From assembly GCA_030390025.1 (NCBI GenBank), contig CM059452.1:16988001-17052000 (forward strand): a DNA stretch of 64,000 bases, given 5' to 3'. The notes below the pieces were generated by a model. That model worked only from the letters and a program-made list of their open reading frames with translations. It had not been told where the DNA came from and made no database searches. A program made the position numbers and the translations under genes. How positions within the stretch are numbered: the first letter of the stretch is position 1; each line of letters starts with the position of its first letter. Shown here in pieces: positions 1-12,528 of this stretch. Source of the DNA: Squalus acanthias. Lineage: Eukaryota.

Positions 1-1898
1 TGGACAGTTCCAGCTCCGCACAGTTACAATCTGTGAGGACAGGTCCTGTATAGCACAGTTACGTTCAATGTGGACAGGTCCAGCTCAGCACAGTTACATT
101 CAGTGTGTACAGGTCCAGTACAGCACAGTTACATTCAGTGTGGACAGGTCCAGTACAGCACAGTTATATTCAGTGTGGACAGATCCAGTACAGGAAAGAT
201 ACATTCAGTGTGGACAGATCCAGTTCCGCACAGTTACAATCAGTGAGGACAGGTTCAGTTCAGCACAGTTAAATTCAGTGTTAACAGATCCAGTTCAGCA
301 TAGTTACAATCTGTGAGGACAGGTCCAGTTCAGCACAGTTACATTCTGAAAGGACAGGTCCAGTTTAGCATGGTGACATTCATTTTGGACAGGTCCAGTT
401 CAGCTCAGTTACATTCAGTGTTGGCAGGTCCAATTCAGCACGGTTACATTCAGTGTGGACAGGACCAGATCAGCACGGTTACATTCAAAGTGTCCCGGTC
501 CAATTCAGCAGAGTTACATTCAGTGTCGACAGGTCCAGTTCAGCACGGATACCTTCATTGTGGACAGGACCAGTTCAGCACGGTTACCTTCAAAGTGTCC
601 CGGTCCAATTCAGCAGAGTTACATTCAGTGTGGACAGGTCCAGTTCAGCACAGTTACATTCAGTGTGGACAGGTCCAGTTCAGCACAGTTAAATTCAGTG
701 TGGACAGGTCTCCTTTCGCGCTGTTGCATTCAGTGTGGACAGGTCCAGTTCAGCACGGTTACATTCAAAGTGTCCAGTTCCAATACAGCAGAGTTACATT
801 GAGTGTAGATTGTTCCAGTCCAGCATGGCTACATTCAGTGTGGACAGGTCCAGTATAGCTCGTTACATTCAGTATGGACATGTCCAGTATAGCACAGTTA
901 CATTCCATGTGGACAGAATCAGTACAGCAAAGTTGCATTCAGTGTGGACAGGTCCAGTTCCGCACAGTTACATTCAGTGTGGACAGGTCCAGTTCCGCAC
1001 AGTTACATTCAGTGAGGACAGATCCAGTTCCGCACAGTTACATTCAGTGTGGACAGGTCCAGTTCCGCACAGTTACATTCAGTGTGGACAGGTCCAGTTC
1101 CGCACAGTTACATTCAGTGTGGACAGGTCCAGTTCCGCACAGTTACATTCAGTGTGGACAGATCCAGTACAGCAAAGTTACATTCAGTGTGGACAGGTTC
1201 AGTTCAGCACAGTTACAATCTGTGAGGACAGGTCCATTTCAGCACAGTTACATCCTGCGAGGTGAAGTCCAGTTCAACACAGTTACTTTCAGTGTGGACT
1301 GGGCCATTTCAGCACAGATACATTCAGTATGGACCGGTTCAGTACAGCACAGTTACATTCAGTGTGGACTGATCCAGTTCAGCACAATTATGTTCAGTGT
1401 TGACAGGTTCAGTTCAGCACGGTTACATTCAGTGTGGCCAGGACCAGTTCAGCACAGTTACATTCAATGTGGACAGGTCCAGTTCAGCACAGTTACATTC
1501 AGTGTGGACGGGTCCAGTTCAGCACAGTTACATTCCGTGTGGACAGGTCCAGTTCAGCACAGTTACATTCAGTGTGGACAGGTCCAGATCAGCACAGTTA
1601 TATTCATTGTGCGAAGGTCTAGTTGAGCAGAGTTGCATTCAGTGTGGACAGGTCCAGTTCCGCACAGTTACATTCAGTGTGGACAGGTCCAGTTCAGCAC
1701 AGTTACATTCAGTGTGGACAGGTCCAGTTCAGCAGATTTACATTCAGTGTTGATAGGTCCAGTTCCGCACAGTTACATTCAGTGTGGACAGGTCCAGATC
1801 AGCACAGTTATATTCATTGTGCGAAGGTCTAGTTGAGCAGAGTTGCATTCAGTGTGGACAGGTCCAATTCAGCAGGGTTTCATTCAGTGTGTACAGGT
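1..1898. repeat. Tandem minisatellite, ~35-bp unit CAGTGTGGACAGGTCCAGTTCAGCACAGTTACATT
   Basis: The unit repeats about 50 times from the window start. Overlapping ORFs in all + frames are repeat artefacts. Confidence 0.95.
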
Positions 1899-2082
1899 CC
1901 TCAGTCCTCCGGGACCACGCCTGAAGCCAGAAAGGATTGAAAACTGATGTCAGGGCCTCTGCTATTTCCTCTTGTGCTTCACTTAACAGCCTGGGATATG
2001 TTCCATCCGGGCCTGGGGATTTTTTTCCAATTTTACAGCTGCTAAACCCATTAATACTTCCTCTTTCACTCTGTTTACATAT

Positions 2083-2782
2083 AAACATAGAAACATAGAA
2101 GATAGGAGCAGATGTAGGCCATTCAGCCCCTCGAGCCTGCTCCGCCATTCAATGCGATCATGGCTGATCATCCAAATTCTGTACCCTTTCCCTGCTTTCT
2201 CCACATATCCCTTGGTCCCTTTAGCCTTAAGAAATATATCTAACTCCTTCTTGGATATATTTAATGAATCGGCCTCAACTGCCTTCTGTTGTAGAGAATT
2301 CCACAGGTTCACCACTCTCTGGGTGAAGAAATTCCTCCTCATTTCAGTCCTAAATGGCTTACTCCTTATCCTTAGACTGTGACCTCTGGTTCTGGACGCC
2401 CCGCAATCGGGAACATCCTTCCTGCATCTAGTCTGTCTATTCCTGTTAGAATTTTATAAGTTTCAATGAAATCCCCTCTCATTCTTCTAAACTCTAGTCA
2501 ATATAAGCCTAATCGACCCATTCTCTCTTCATAGGTCATTCCTGCCATCCCAGGTATCAGTCTGGTGAATCTTCGCTGCACTCCCTCCATGGCAAGAACA
2601 TCGTTTCTCAGATAAAGCGGCCAAAACTGCACACAATACTCAAGGTTTGGTCTCACCAAGGCCTTGTACAACTGCAGCAAGACATCCTTGCTCCTGTACT
2701 CGAACCCTCTCGCTATGAAGGCCAACATACCATTTTCCTTCTTAACCGCCTGCTGCACCTGCATACTTACCTTCAGCGACGG
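2083..2782 (-). mobile_element. 5'-truncated CR1 LINE 3' end nested in the host CR1
   Basis: Encodes LVRPNLEYCVQFW and MRRNFFTQRVVNLWNSL, with a (TTCTATGT)n-type tail at ~2085-2100. The host reading EEECEILD|VNRVKEEVL resumes on either side. Confidence 0.85.
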
Positions 2783-4719
2783 TTCACATCTAATATTTCA
2801 CACTCCTCCTCCCTGATAGCAATGTCTGCTTCGCCCATCTTCTTTGTGAAAACAGACGCAAAGTAATCATTAAGAATCCTACCGACGTCTCCCGCCTCCA
2901 CACACAGAACACCCTCATGACCTCTAATTGGCCCTACCCTTTCTTTAGTTATCCTCTTACTCTTAATATATTTATAAAACATCTTTGGGTTTTCCTTGAT
3001 TTTACTTTGCAAGAATGTTTCATGCTCTCTCTTTGCTTTCCTAATATACTTTTAAATTGCACCCCTGAACTTTCTGTACGCCTCTAAAGATTCTGCAGTA
3101 TTTAGCCTGGGTATGTCATACGTCTCCCTTTTTTTCTTTATCCTACCCTGTATGTCACTAGTCATCCAGGGGGCTCTAGATTTGTTAGTCCCACCTTTTC
3201 TCTTTAAGGGCACATTTTTGGTCTGAACCCTCCGGTCACCTCCTTGAATGCCTCCCACTGCTCTGACACTGATTTACCTTCAAGTACTGTTTCCAGTCCA
3301 CTATGTTTAAATCCCCTCTGAGCTAAGCAAAATTTGCTTTTCCCCAATTTAGAATTTCTATTCCTTGTCTATCATTGTCCTTTTCCATAACTACCTTAAA
3401 TGAAGCAGGATTATGATCACTACCGCCAAAATGCTCCCCCACTGATACGCCTTCTACCTGCCCAGCTTCATTCCCTAAAACTAAGTCCAGAACCGCCCCC
3501 TCCCTTGTTGGCCTTGCTACATACTGGCTAAAAAAGTTCCCCTGGATGTATTTTAGGAATTCAGCACCCTCTCTACCCTTCACACTAACTTTATCCCAGT
3601 TAATATTCGAGTAGTTGAAATCCCCTACTATAACTGCCCTATAATTTTTGCACTTCTCTGAAATTTGTCTGCATCTTTGCTCTTCTATCTCCCTCTGACT
3701 GTTTGGGGCTCTATAGTACACTCCCAACAGAAACGGCTGTCTGCTCCCCTCACAATTGAATCCCCTATCGCTATTGCTCTTCCACTATTTTTCCTCCCCC
3801 CTGTGCATCGGAGAGACATGCCCCTTTTTGGTTTTTAAATTCGACCCATATGCCCTCGTTTGATGATCCCTCCAACATATCATCCCTCCTCAAAGCTATA
3901 ATAGTTTCTTTAATCAATACCGCGACCCTTCCCCTGCCTTTTTACCTCCCTTCCTATCCCGTCTCTAAATCCTGTAAGCAGGAATGGTGAGCTGCCAAAA
4001 CTGCCCCTCTTTCAGCCACGTCTCTGTAATAGCTATAATATCATAGTCCCAATTATCTACCTGTGCCCTCAGCTCATCAGCATTGTTCGCTATACTCCTT
4101 GCATTGAAGTAGAAACCATTTAGTACAGGCAAACCTCCTTGTTGACTACTATCTAGCCCTTGATTCCTCTGTCCTTCCAATTTACGTTCTACGTTTTTGT
4201 TTTCCAATTCCAGTTTTTCTTCCCTCCCTACCGACTCTATTTTTAGGTTCCCAACCCCCTGCCAAGCTTGTTTAAACCCTCCCCAACAGCACTAGCAACA
4301 TCCACCCCCGCCCCACGCGAGGATCTTAGTCCAGCTCTGTTGAGGTGCAAACCTTCCGGTTTGTACAGGTCCCACCTCCCCCAGAAACGGTCCCAATACC
4401 TTCGGAATCTAAAGCGCTCCCTCCTGCAACATCCTTCCAGCCAGGCCAGCATCTGCTCCATCCTCCTATTTCTGGACTCTCTAGCACGTGGCACCAAGAG
4501 TAATCCGGAGATTAACACCTTTCAGGCCCTGTTTTTTAATCTGATTCCTAGATCCCTAAACTCTGCCTGCAGGACCTCATCCCTCTTTATACCTATGTAA
4601 TTGGTACCGATATGGACAACGACATCTGGCTGTTCACCCTCTACCCAGAATGCTCTGCAGCCGTTCGGTGACTTCCTTGAGCCTGGCACCAGGGAGGCAA
4701 CATACCATCCTGGAGTCAC

Positions 4720-6593
4720 TTATCTCTTCCTATCTCGACTCTATTTTTTCTCCCCTTGTCCAGTCTCTTCCCACCTACATCCGCGACTCTTCCGATGCCC
4801 TCCGCCATTTTAACAGTTTCCAGTTTCCCGGCCCCAACCATCTCCTCTTCACTATGGACGTACAATCCCTCTACACCTCCATTCCCCACCAGGATGGCCT
4901 GAGGGCGCTCCGCTTCTTCCTTGAACAGAGGCCCAACCAGTCCCCATCCACCACCACCCTCCTCCGCCTGGCTGAACTTGTTGTCACATTGAACAACTTC
5001 TCCTTTGACTCTACCCATTTCCTCCAAATTAAAGGTGTTGCTATGGGTACCCGCATGGGTCCTAGCTATGCCTGCCTTTTCGTGGGATATGTGGAACACT
5101 CTTTGTTCCAGTCCTACTCGGGTCCCCTCCCTCACCTCTTTTTCCGGTACATTGATGACTGTATCGGTGCCGTCTCCTGCTCTCGCCCTGAACTAGAACA
5201 TTTCATTCACTATGCTTCCAATTTCCACCCTTCCCTCACCTTCACATGGTCCATCTCCGACTCTTCCCTTCCCTTCCTCGACTTCTCCATCTCCATCTCT
5301 GGGGATAGGTTATTGACTAACATTCACTACAAGCCCACCGACTCCCACAGCTACCTGGACTACACTTCCTCCCACCCCGCCTCCTGTAAGGACTCTATTC
5401 CATTCTCCCAGTTTCTCCGTCTCCGCCGCATCTGCTCTGATGATGCCACCTTCCATACCAGTGCTTCCGACATGTCTTCCTTTTTCCTCAACCGAGGATT
5501 CCCCTCTACCGTGGTCGACACGGCCCTCGACCGTGTCCGTTCTATCTCCCGCACATCTGCCCTCACCCCTGCCCCTCCCTCCCGGAACCACGATAGGGTT
5601 CCCCTTGTCCTCACCTTTCACCCCACCAGCCTCCACATTCAACGGATCATCCTCCGCCATTTCCGCCACCTCCAGCGTGATCCCACCACCAAACACATCT
5701 TCCCCTCACCTCCCCTTTCAGCATTCCGTAGGGACCGCTCCCTCCGCGACACCCTAGTCCACTCCTCTACCACCCCCAGCACCCCTTCCCCTTCGCCCGG
5801 CACCTTCCCGTGCACGCGCAGGAGATACAACACATGACCTTATACCTCCCCTCTTCCCACTGTCCAGGGCCCCAAACACCCCTTCCAGGTGAAACAGCGA
5901 TTTACTTGTACTTCCTGCAATTTAGTATACTGTATTCGCTGCTCACGATGTGGACTCCTCTACATTGGGGAGACCAAACGCAGATTGGGTGACCGCTTTG
6001 CGGAACACCTCCGTTCAGTCCGTAAGGGGGACCCCGAGCTCCCGGTGGCCTGTCACTTTAATTCACCGCTTCACTCCCACTCTGACCTCACCGTCCTCGG
6101 CCTATTACACTGTTCCACGGTAGCTCAGCGTAAGCTCGAGGAACAGCACCTCATCTTTCGTTTAGGCACGCTACAGCCCTCTGGACTCAATATCGAGTTC
6201 AACAATTTTAGATCATAACCTCAGCTCCAATCACATTTATATTTTATTTTATCCACCCTTTTATTTGTCCCCCCCACCTTTTTTTTTCCTCCTAGAAGCT
6301 GGCAGCTGTCCTTTATTCTGCCAGTGGATTTCACACTTCATTCAGCCTTAATCTGTCACATTAACACCACCTCTAGCCTTGCATATCTCTTAATGTCTCT
6401 TAATGTCTCTTCATCTCCCCCTTTGTTCCTTTATCCCCTCCCCCTTTTCCCAGCTTTACCCTGGCCTTAAATCTATTTGATTTCCGGCTCTTCCCAGTTC
6501 TGATGAAAGGTCATCGACCTGAAACGTTAACTCTCTTTCTCTCTCCACGGATGCTGCCTGGCCTGCTGAGTTTTTCCATCGTTTTCTGTTGTT
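4720..6593 (+). mobile_element. Penelope-like element (5'-truncated; RT + GIY-YIG endonuclease) inserted into CR1 ORF1
   Basis: RT motifs MDVQSLYTSIPH, GVAMGT and RYIDD. GIY-YIG motifs NLVYCIRC and LYIGETKR lie in the same frame after one stop at 5835-5837. A 13-bp TSD, ATCCTGGAGTCAC, occurs at 4707-4719 and 6594-6606. Confidence 0.93.
6496..6532 (+). ncRNA. Minimal type-I hammerhead ribozyme motif in the Penelope 3' end
   Basis: AGTT-CTGATGA-AAGGTC-ATC-GACCT-GAAAC-GTT-AACT: intact core, stem II, stem I AGTT/AACT, and a palindromic loopless stem III (ACGT). Confidence 0.75.
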
Positions 6594-7471
6594 ATCCTGG
6601 AGTCACGTCTGCGGCCGCAGAAACGCCTGTCTGCTCCCCTCACTATTGAATCCCCTACCACTGCTGCTCTTTCACTATTTTTCCTCCCCCCCCCCGCTGT
6701 GCAGGGGAGCCACCCGTGATGCCGAGGACTTGGCTCTGACTGCACTCCTCAGCGGGAACCATCGCCCCTAAAGTACTCAGAATAGAAAAGCGGTTGGAGA
6801 GCGAGATGACCTCCGGGGCATCCTGCACTGCCTGCCTGGTCTTCTTCTGTCTGATGGTCACCCACTTCCTCTCTGTCCGCTCTCTCTTAGGCTGCGGGGT
6901 GACCACCTCACTAAACGTGCTATCCACCTAGTTCTCAGCTTCACGGATGCACCACAGTGAATCCAGTCGCTGCTTATGCTCCATAAACCGTCGATCGATT
7001 CGTTGCAGCTCTTGACACTTACTGCACATGTAGTCATCCATGCAACGTGAAGCGTCCATGACTTTGCACATGCCACACGGTGTGCACTCCGCTAGAGTGA
7101 GCTGCGCTGCCATTCCTGTCATCTCTTTATCGAACAGGCTATTTAAAAAACTAAGAACTAACTTAACAGAATAAGGATTAAACTTAAAAAAACACTCACG
7201 CGCTATTATCAATTAGCTGCTTCCCTTGTGCCGACTTCAGACTCCTCCCAGGGCCGCTCTCGCTGTTGCCGCTGCCGGTGAGTCTGGGCCTCGCTCTCTC
7301 TGCCGCTCCTTACACACCCCGCTGTCGGTAAGGCTCCTCCCAGGGCCGCTCTCGCTCTGTTGCTGCCGGTGAGTCTTCCTTCCACTTCCCTCTCGGAACT
7401 TCAGCTCCTCCCAATCTCGAGTGTCTGTATCGATTCCTGCAGCAAATCCCGCTCGCGCATTTACCCTGTCA

Positions 7472-7797
7472 GCTCTCAGCTGTGGTTCAGTGGGCAGCAC
7501 TCTCGCCTCTGAGTCATAACGTTGTGGGTTCAACTCCCACTCCAGAAACATGTGCACGAAAATCTAGGCTGACACTCCAGTGCAGTGCTGAGGGAGTGCT
7601 GCACTGTCGGAGGTGCATTCTTTGGGATGAGAGTTTAAGCCGAATCACTGTCTGCTCACTCCAGTGGACGTATAAGATCCCACTGCACTATTTCGAAGAA
7701 GAGCAGTGGAGTTATCCCCGGTGTCCCGACCAAAATGTATCCCTCAATCAACATTAGAAACAGAGATTATCTGGTCATTAACCCACTGCTGTTTGTG
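7472..7797 (+). mobile_element. tRNA-derived SINE with Deu-domain-like core (SacSINE1-like)
   Basis: A/B-box-like head (GTGGTTCAGTGG...GGTTCAACTCCC) followed by GTGCTGCACTGTCGGAGGTGC...CCCCGGTGTCC. Homologous copies occur at 39655-39935 and 60325-60485. Confidence 0.8.
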
Positions 7798-8265
7798 AAA
7801 GATTCTTCGTCCAGCACAGCACGGGAAGGCGAATCGGTGACACAGAATTGTAGTCTTACAATAACAGATACAAACCCTGAGCTTTTCTGGCACCGGCAGC
7901 TCCCGGTCGGGCTCCGGTAAAAGCTGAGCGCAGAAGAGAGCGCTGTGCAGCTGAGAGTTTCTGAGGCGGGGATGTCAGGTGGCGCCATGTATCACTGCGC
8001 TCTGAGACCCACAGCTGAGAGTTTCTGGGGCGGGGGTGTCAGGTGGCTCCATATATCACTGCGCTCTGAGACCCACAGCTGAGAGTTTCTGGGGCGGGGG
8101 TGTCAGGTGGCTCCATGTATCACTGCGCTCTGAGATCCATAGCTGAGAGTTTCTGGGGCGGAGCTGTCAGGTGGCGCCATGTATCACTGCGCTCTGAGAC
8201 CCACAGCTGAGACTTTCTGGGGCGGAGCTGTCAGGTGGCGCCATGCATTGCTGCGCTCTGGGACC
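7798..8265 (+). pseudogene. TCR alpha/delta-type V segment pseudogene (psiV1)
   Basis: Translates DSSSSTAREGESVTQNCSLTITDTNPELFWHRQLPVGLR*KLSAEESAVQLRVSEAGMSGGAMYHCALRP: Cys23, a W-x-RQ motif and a YxCALR end. It has an in-frame stop at 7918-7920, the CDR2 region is deleted, the 5' end is interrupted by a SINE, and the 3' 64 bp are present in five tandem copies. Confidence 0.85.
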
Positions 8266-8267
8266 CA
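7948..8267 (+). repeat. Five tandem 64-bp copies of the V FR3-end/heptamer junction
   Basis: Units start at 7948, 8012, 8076, 8140 and 8204: CAGCTGAGAGTTTCTG...TGCGCTCTGAGACCCA. Confidence 0.9.
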
Positions 8268-8304
8268 CAGCTGCACAGCTCCATGCTCGTCCTGTACAAA
8301 ACCT
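8266..8304 (+). promoter_or_regulatory. 23-bp-spacer recombination signal sequence of psiV1
   Basis: Heptamer CACAGCT (8266-8272), 23-nt spacer, nonamer ACAAAACCT (8296-8304), immediately after the last CALGP copy. Confidence 0.8.
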
Positions 8305-9089
8305 GAAGGAAACTGTGTAAATAGAACAGTGTGTGGCCGCACCTCCCGCCTGTGATGGTCTGACTAGGACAGTTACTGTCAGGACAGAATTCCCCCACAA
8401 GGCAGCGCATAACAGCTCTGAATAGAGAAGAAATATTTTAGATTTAATTCACTCTATAATGAGAGATGAACAGGAGGAAAACCATTCAGGTTTAATCGGC
8501 CATCACATCGTGTAATGTGTGTTCAATTTCAAGTTTCCCCTTTTCACTGCCCGTGTATTTTTTTCATTGTCCCTGCACTTCAACCAGCACAGAAATCTGC
8601 AGCTTTGCACAGCTTTGGATTGTATTCAAAGGCCTCTAAACAGTCCCTTTTCTGAGCGATTATTTAATTTCTTCGGTGTATAAATGTTCACCGGGAGCAT
8701 TGACTTCACTCTCCTTTAACATTCGTGTTTAGACTGAACTATCCACTCCGTCGGGTAGATTTCATCTGGTCGCTACTTCTAGTAACATAGTGAATGCATT
8801 TTAAAACAATGAATAGCGATTCTACAAAATAGCGATCATACGAAATTTCCTGCTCTATTTGGGATGTCGCTACCACAGAGAGACCAGAGAAAGCCTTCAC
8901 CTTGTGTGACCCCAATAGTAGGTTCATCAGAGAGAGAATAGAGGAAATCTTCACCTTGTGTGTCCCCAGCAGAAGGTTAATCAAACCCGTGCCCCTGTCA
9001 CCACTTCCGCCTGATTAGTGACAATGAGTGAAATAAACCGAACATCATCATCTACATTCAAGTATTTTTTGTCACTTTGAGCCTACTTT

Positions 9090-9565
9090 ACTCAGGTCAA
9101 TTAGAGATCAGGCTCTCTCTTGGGTTAATTCGGGATCAAGCTGTCACTCGGGTCAATTAGAGATCAGGCTCTCTCTCGGGTCAATTCGAGATCAAGCTGT
9201 CTCTCGGGTCAATTAGAGATCAAACTCTTTCTTGGGTCAATTAGAGATCAAGCTGTCTCTCGGGTCAATTCGAGATCAAGCAGTCTCTCGGGTCAATTAG
9301 AGATCAGGCTCTCTCTCGGGTCAATTCGAGATCAAGCTGTCTCTCGGGTCAATTCGAGATCAAGCTGTCTCTCGGGTCAATTAGAGATCAAGCTCTCTTT
9401 CGGGTCAATTAGAGATCAGGATCTCTCTCGGGTCAATTCGAGATCAAGCTCTCTCTCGGGTCAATTAGAGATCAAAATTATTCTACGATGAATTGGAGAT
9501 CAAGCTGTCTCTCACGTCAATTCGAGATCCAAATGCTTCTCCGATCAATTAGAGATTAAGATGTC
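9090..9565. repeat. Tandem minisatellite, 28-bp unit GGGTCAATT(A/C)GAGATCAAGCTGTCTCTC
   Basis: About 16 visible copies. Confidence 0.9.
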
Positions 9566-9828
9566 TCATTCCATTATTTTTTCTCTCGCTGATTAGCAGA
9601 TTGTGACTTTAGTGAATGATTCAGTTCACTGCAACAAACACATACTTATGGTTAAGGAATGACAGTGGACGAGGCCCAGTCGGCGCTTCAGCTCTTTCTA
9701 TTCGATGTTATGCAGGAATTGACATCAGATCAACACCAGTCGAAGATCTCATCTCTTTCTAATTGATGTTCTTCAGGGAATGACATCAGAGCAGGCCCAT
9801 TCGATGATCTCAGCTCGTTTTATTTGAT

Positions 9829-12528
9829 AGAATAGAATAGAATGGAACAGTACAGCACAGTACAGGCCCTTCGGCCCTCGATGTTGTGCCGAGCATTGTC
9901 CGAGACCAAGATCAAGCTATCACACTCCCTATCACTCTGGTGTGCTCCATGTGCTTATCCAATAACCGCTTGAAAGTTCCTAAAGTGTCCGACTCCACTA
10001 TCACAGCAGGCAGTCCATTCCACACCCCAACCACTCTCTGAGTAAAGAATCTACCTCGGACATCCCTTCTATATCTCCCCCCATGCACCTTATAGTTATG
10101 CCCCCTTGTAACAGCTGCCTCTACCCGAGGAAATAGTCTCTGAACATCCGCTCTATCTATCCCCCTCATCATCTTATAAACGTCTATTAAGTCGCCTCTC
10201 ATCCTCCTCCGCTCTAAAGAGAAAAGCCCCAACTCCCTCAATCTTTCCTCATAAGACCTCCCCCCCAAACCAGGCAGAATCCTCGTAAATCTCCTTTGCA
10301 CTCTTTCCAATGCTTCCACGTCCTTCCTATAGTGAGGTGACCAGAACTGCACACAATATTCCAAATGTGGTCTCACCAAGGTCCTGTACAGTTGCAGCAT
10401 AACCTCACGGTTCTTAAACTCAAACCCTCTGTTAATAAACGCCAACACACCATAGGCCTTCTTTACTGCTCTATCTACTTGAGTGGCAACCTTCAGAGAT
10501 CTTTGGATATGAATCCCCAGATCCCTCTGCTCCTCCACGTTCCTCAGAACCCTGCCGTTGACCCTGTAATCCTTATTCAAATTTGCCCTACCAAAATGAA
10601 TCACCTCGCACTTATCAGGGTTAATTCCATCTGCCATTTTTCGGCCCAGCTCTGCATCCTATCAATGTCTCTTTGCAGCCTACAACAGCCCTCCACCTCA
10701 TCCACTACTCCACCAATCTTGGTGTCATCAGCAAATTTACTGATCCACCCTTCAGTCCCCTCCTCCAAGTCATTGATAAAAATCACAAACAGCAGAGGAC
10801 CCAGCACCGACCCCTGTGGCACACCGCTGGTAACTGGTCTCCAGTCCGAAAATGTTCCATCCACCACCACCCTCTGCCTTCTATGAGATAGCCAGTTACT
10901 TATCCAATCGTCCAAATTTCCCTCTATCCCACAACTCCTTACTTTCTTCATGAGCCGACCATGGGGAACCTTTTCAAACGCCTTACTAAAATCCATGTAT
11001 ACGACATCAACTGCTCTACCTTCATCTACACACTTAGTTACCTCCTCAAAGAATTCAATCAAATTTGTTAGGCAAGACTTACACTTCACGAATCCGTGTT
11101 GACTATCCCTGATTAAGTTGCCCCTTACCAAATGGTCATAAATCCTATCCCTCAGGACCTTTTCCATTACCTTACCAACCACCGAAGTAAGACTAACCGG
11201 CCTATAATTACCAGAGTCATTCCTATTTCCTTTCTTGAAGAGAGGAACAACATTCGCCACTCTCCAGTCCTCTGGCACCATCCCCGTGGACAGTGAGGAC
11301 CCAAAGATCAAAGCCAGAGGCACTGCAATCTCCTCCCTTGCCTCCCAAAGAATCCTAGGATATATCCCATCTGGCCCAGGGGACTTATCGACCCTCAGGT
11401 TCTTCAAAATTGCTAAAACATCTTCCCTCAGAACATCTACCACCTCCAGCCTATCCACCTTTATCACACTCTCATCCTCAAGAACATGGCCCTTCTCCTC
11501 GGTGAACACTGAGGAAAAGTATTCATTCATCACCTCTCCTATCTCTTCTGACTCCATGCACAAGTTCCCACTACTGTTCTTGACCGGCCCTACCCTCACC
11601 CTGGTCATTCTTTTATTTCTCACATAAGAGTAAAAAGCCTTGGGGTTTTTCTTGATCCGACCCGCCAAGGACTTCTGATGCCCCCTCCTAGCTCTCCTAA
11701 GCTCTTGTTTTAGCTCATTCCTTGCTACCTTGTACCCCTCAATCGACCCAACTGAACCTTGTTTTCTCATCCTTACATACGCTTCCTTTTTCCTCTTGAC
11801 TAGACATTCAACCTCTTTTGTGAACCATGGTTCTCTCACTCGGCCATTTCCTCCCTGCCTGACAGGGACATACCTATCAAGGACACGCAGTAATTGCTCC
11901 ATGAAAACGCTCCACTTTTCGTTTGTGCCTTTCCCTGATAGTTTCTGTTCCCATCTTATAATCCCTAATTCTTGCCTAATCGCATCATAATTACCCCTCC
12001 CCCAATTATAAACCCTGCCCTGCCGTATGGCCCTATCCCTCTCCATTGCAATAGTGAAAGTTACCGAATTGTGGTCTGTATCTCCAAAGTGCTCTCCCAC
12101 ATACAAATCAAACACTTGGCCCGGTTCATTACCCAGTACCAAATCCAACGTGGCCCCAGCTCTTGTCGGCCTATCCACATATTGTGTCAGGAAACCCTCC
12201 TGCACACACTGTGCAAAAACTATCCCATCCGAACTGTTTGACCTATAAAGGTTCCAATCAATATTTGGAAAGTTGAAGTCACCCATGACAACTACTCTGT
12301 GACCTCCACACCTATTCATAATCTGCTTTGCAATTTCTTCCTCCACATCTCTATTACTATTTGGGGGCCTGTAGAAAACTCCTAACAACGTGACCGCTCC
12401 TTTCCTATTTCTAACTTCAGCCCATATTACCTCAGACGGCAGATCCCCCTCGAACTGCCTTTCTGCCGCTGTTAAACTATCCTTGATTAACAATGCTACT
12501 CCTCCACCTTTCTTACCAACTTCCCTAA
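9829..12528 (-). mobile_element. 5'-truncated CR1 LINE (ORF2 APE+RT, one frameshift)
   Basis: ORFs 10601-12493 and 9912-10637 contain [25 protein letters not shown] and PHLEYCVQFW. A (TTCTA)n tail lies at 9829-9843. The element interrupts a ~61-bp repeat found on both sides. Confidence 0.95.

Larger units (their letters stand above)
1900..7420 (-). mobile_element. Degenerate CR1-clade LINE (5'UTR, ORF1, APE and start of RT region), host of two nested insertions
   Basis: Minus-strand ORF1 pieces: CTPCGMC..CSKC, GDSIVRG, HIGTN, GLHLNR. ORF2 pieces: YFNARSI, ITETW, GVYYRAPN, GDFN, SDH, KSPGPDG. Multiple stops and frameshifts. The 3' part ends at the 35-bp array. Confidence 0.9.

Noticed and set aside
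1-1898. ORFs in the 35-bp array, and similar ORFs in the 23-34 kb and 40-43 kb arrays
   Set aside because: They are translations of tandem repeats in multiple overlapping frames, not genes.
7480-7550. tRNA-like sequence
   Set aside because: It is the head of a SINE and continues into the Deu-like core.
8739-8984. 81-aa minus ORF with an internal ~57-bp duplication (LLLG.HKVK twice)
   Set aside because: No recognisable domain or splice structure; only a short local duplication.
9090-9565. CRISPR-like regular repeats here and in the other arrays
   Set aside because: Head-to-tail units without unique spacers, in a vertebrate context with no cas genes.
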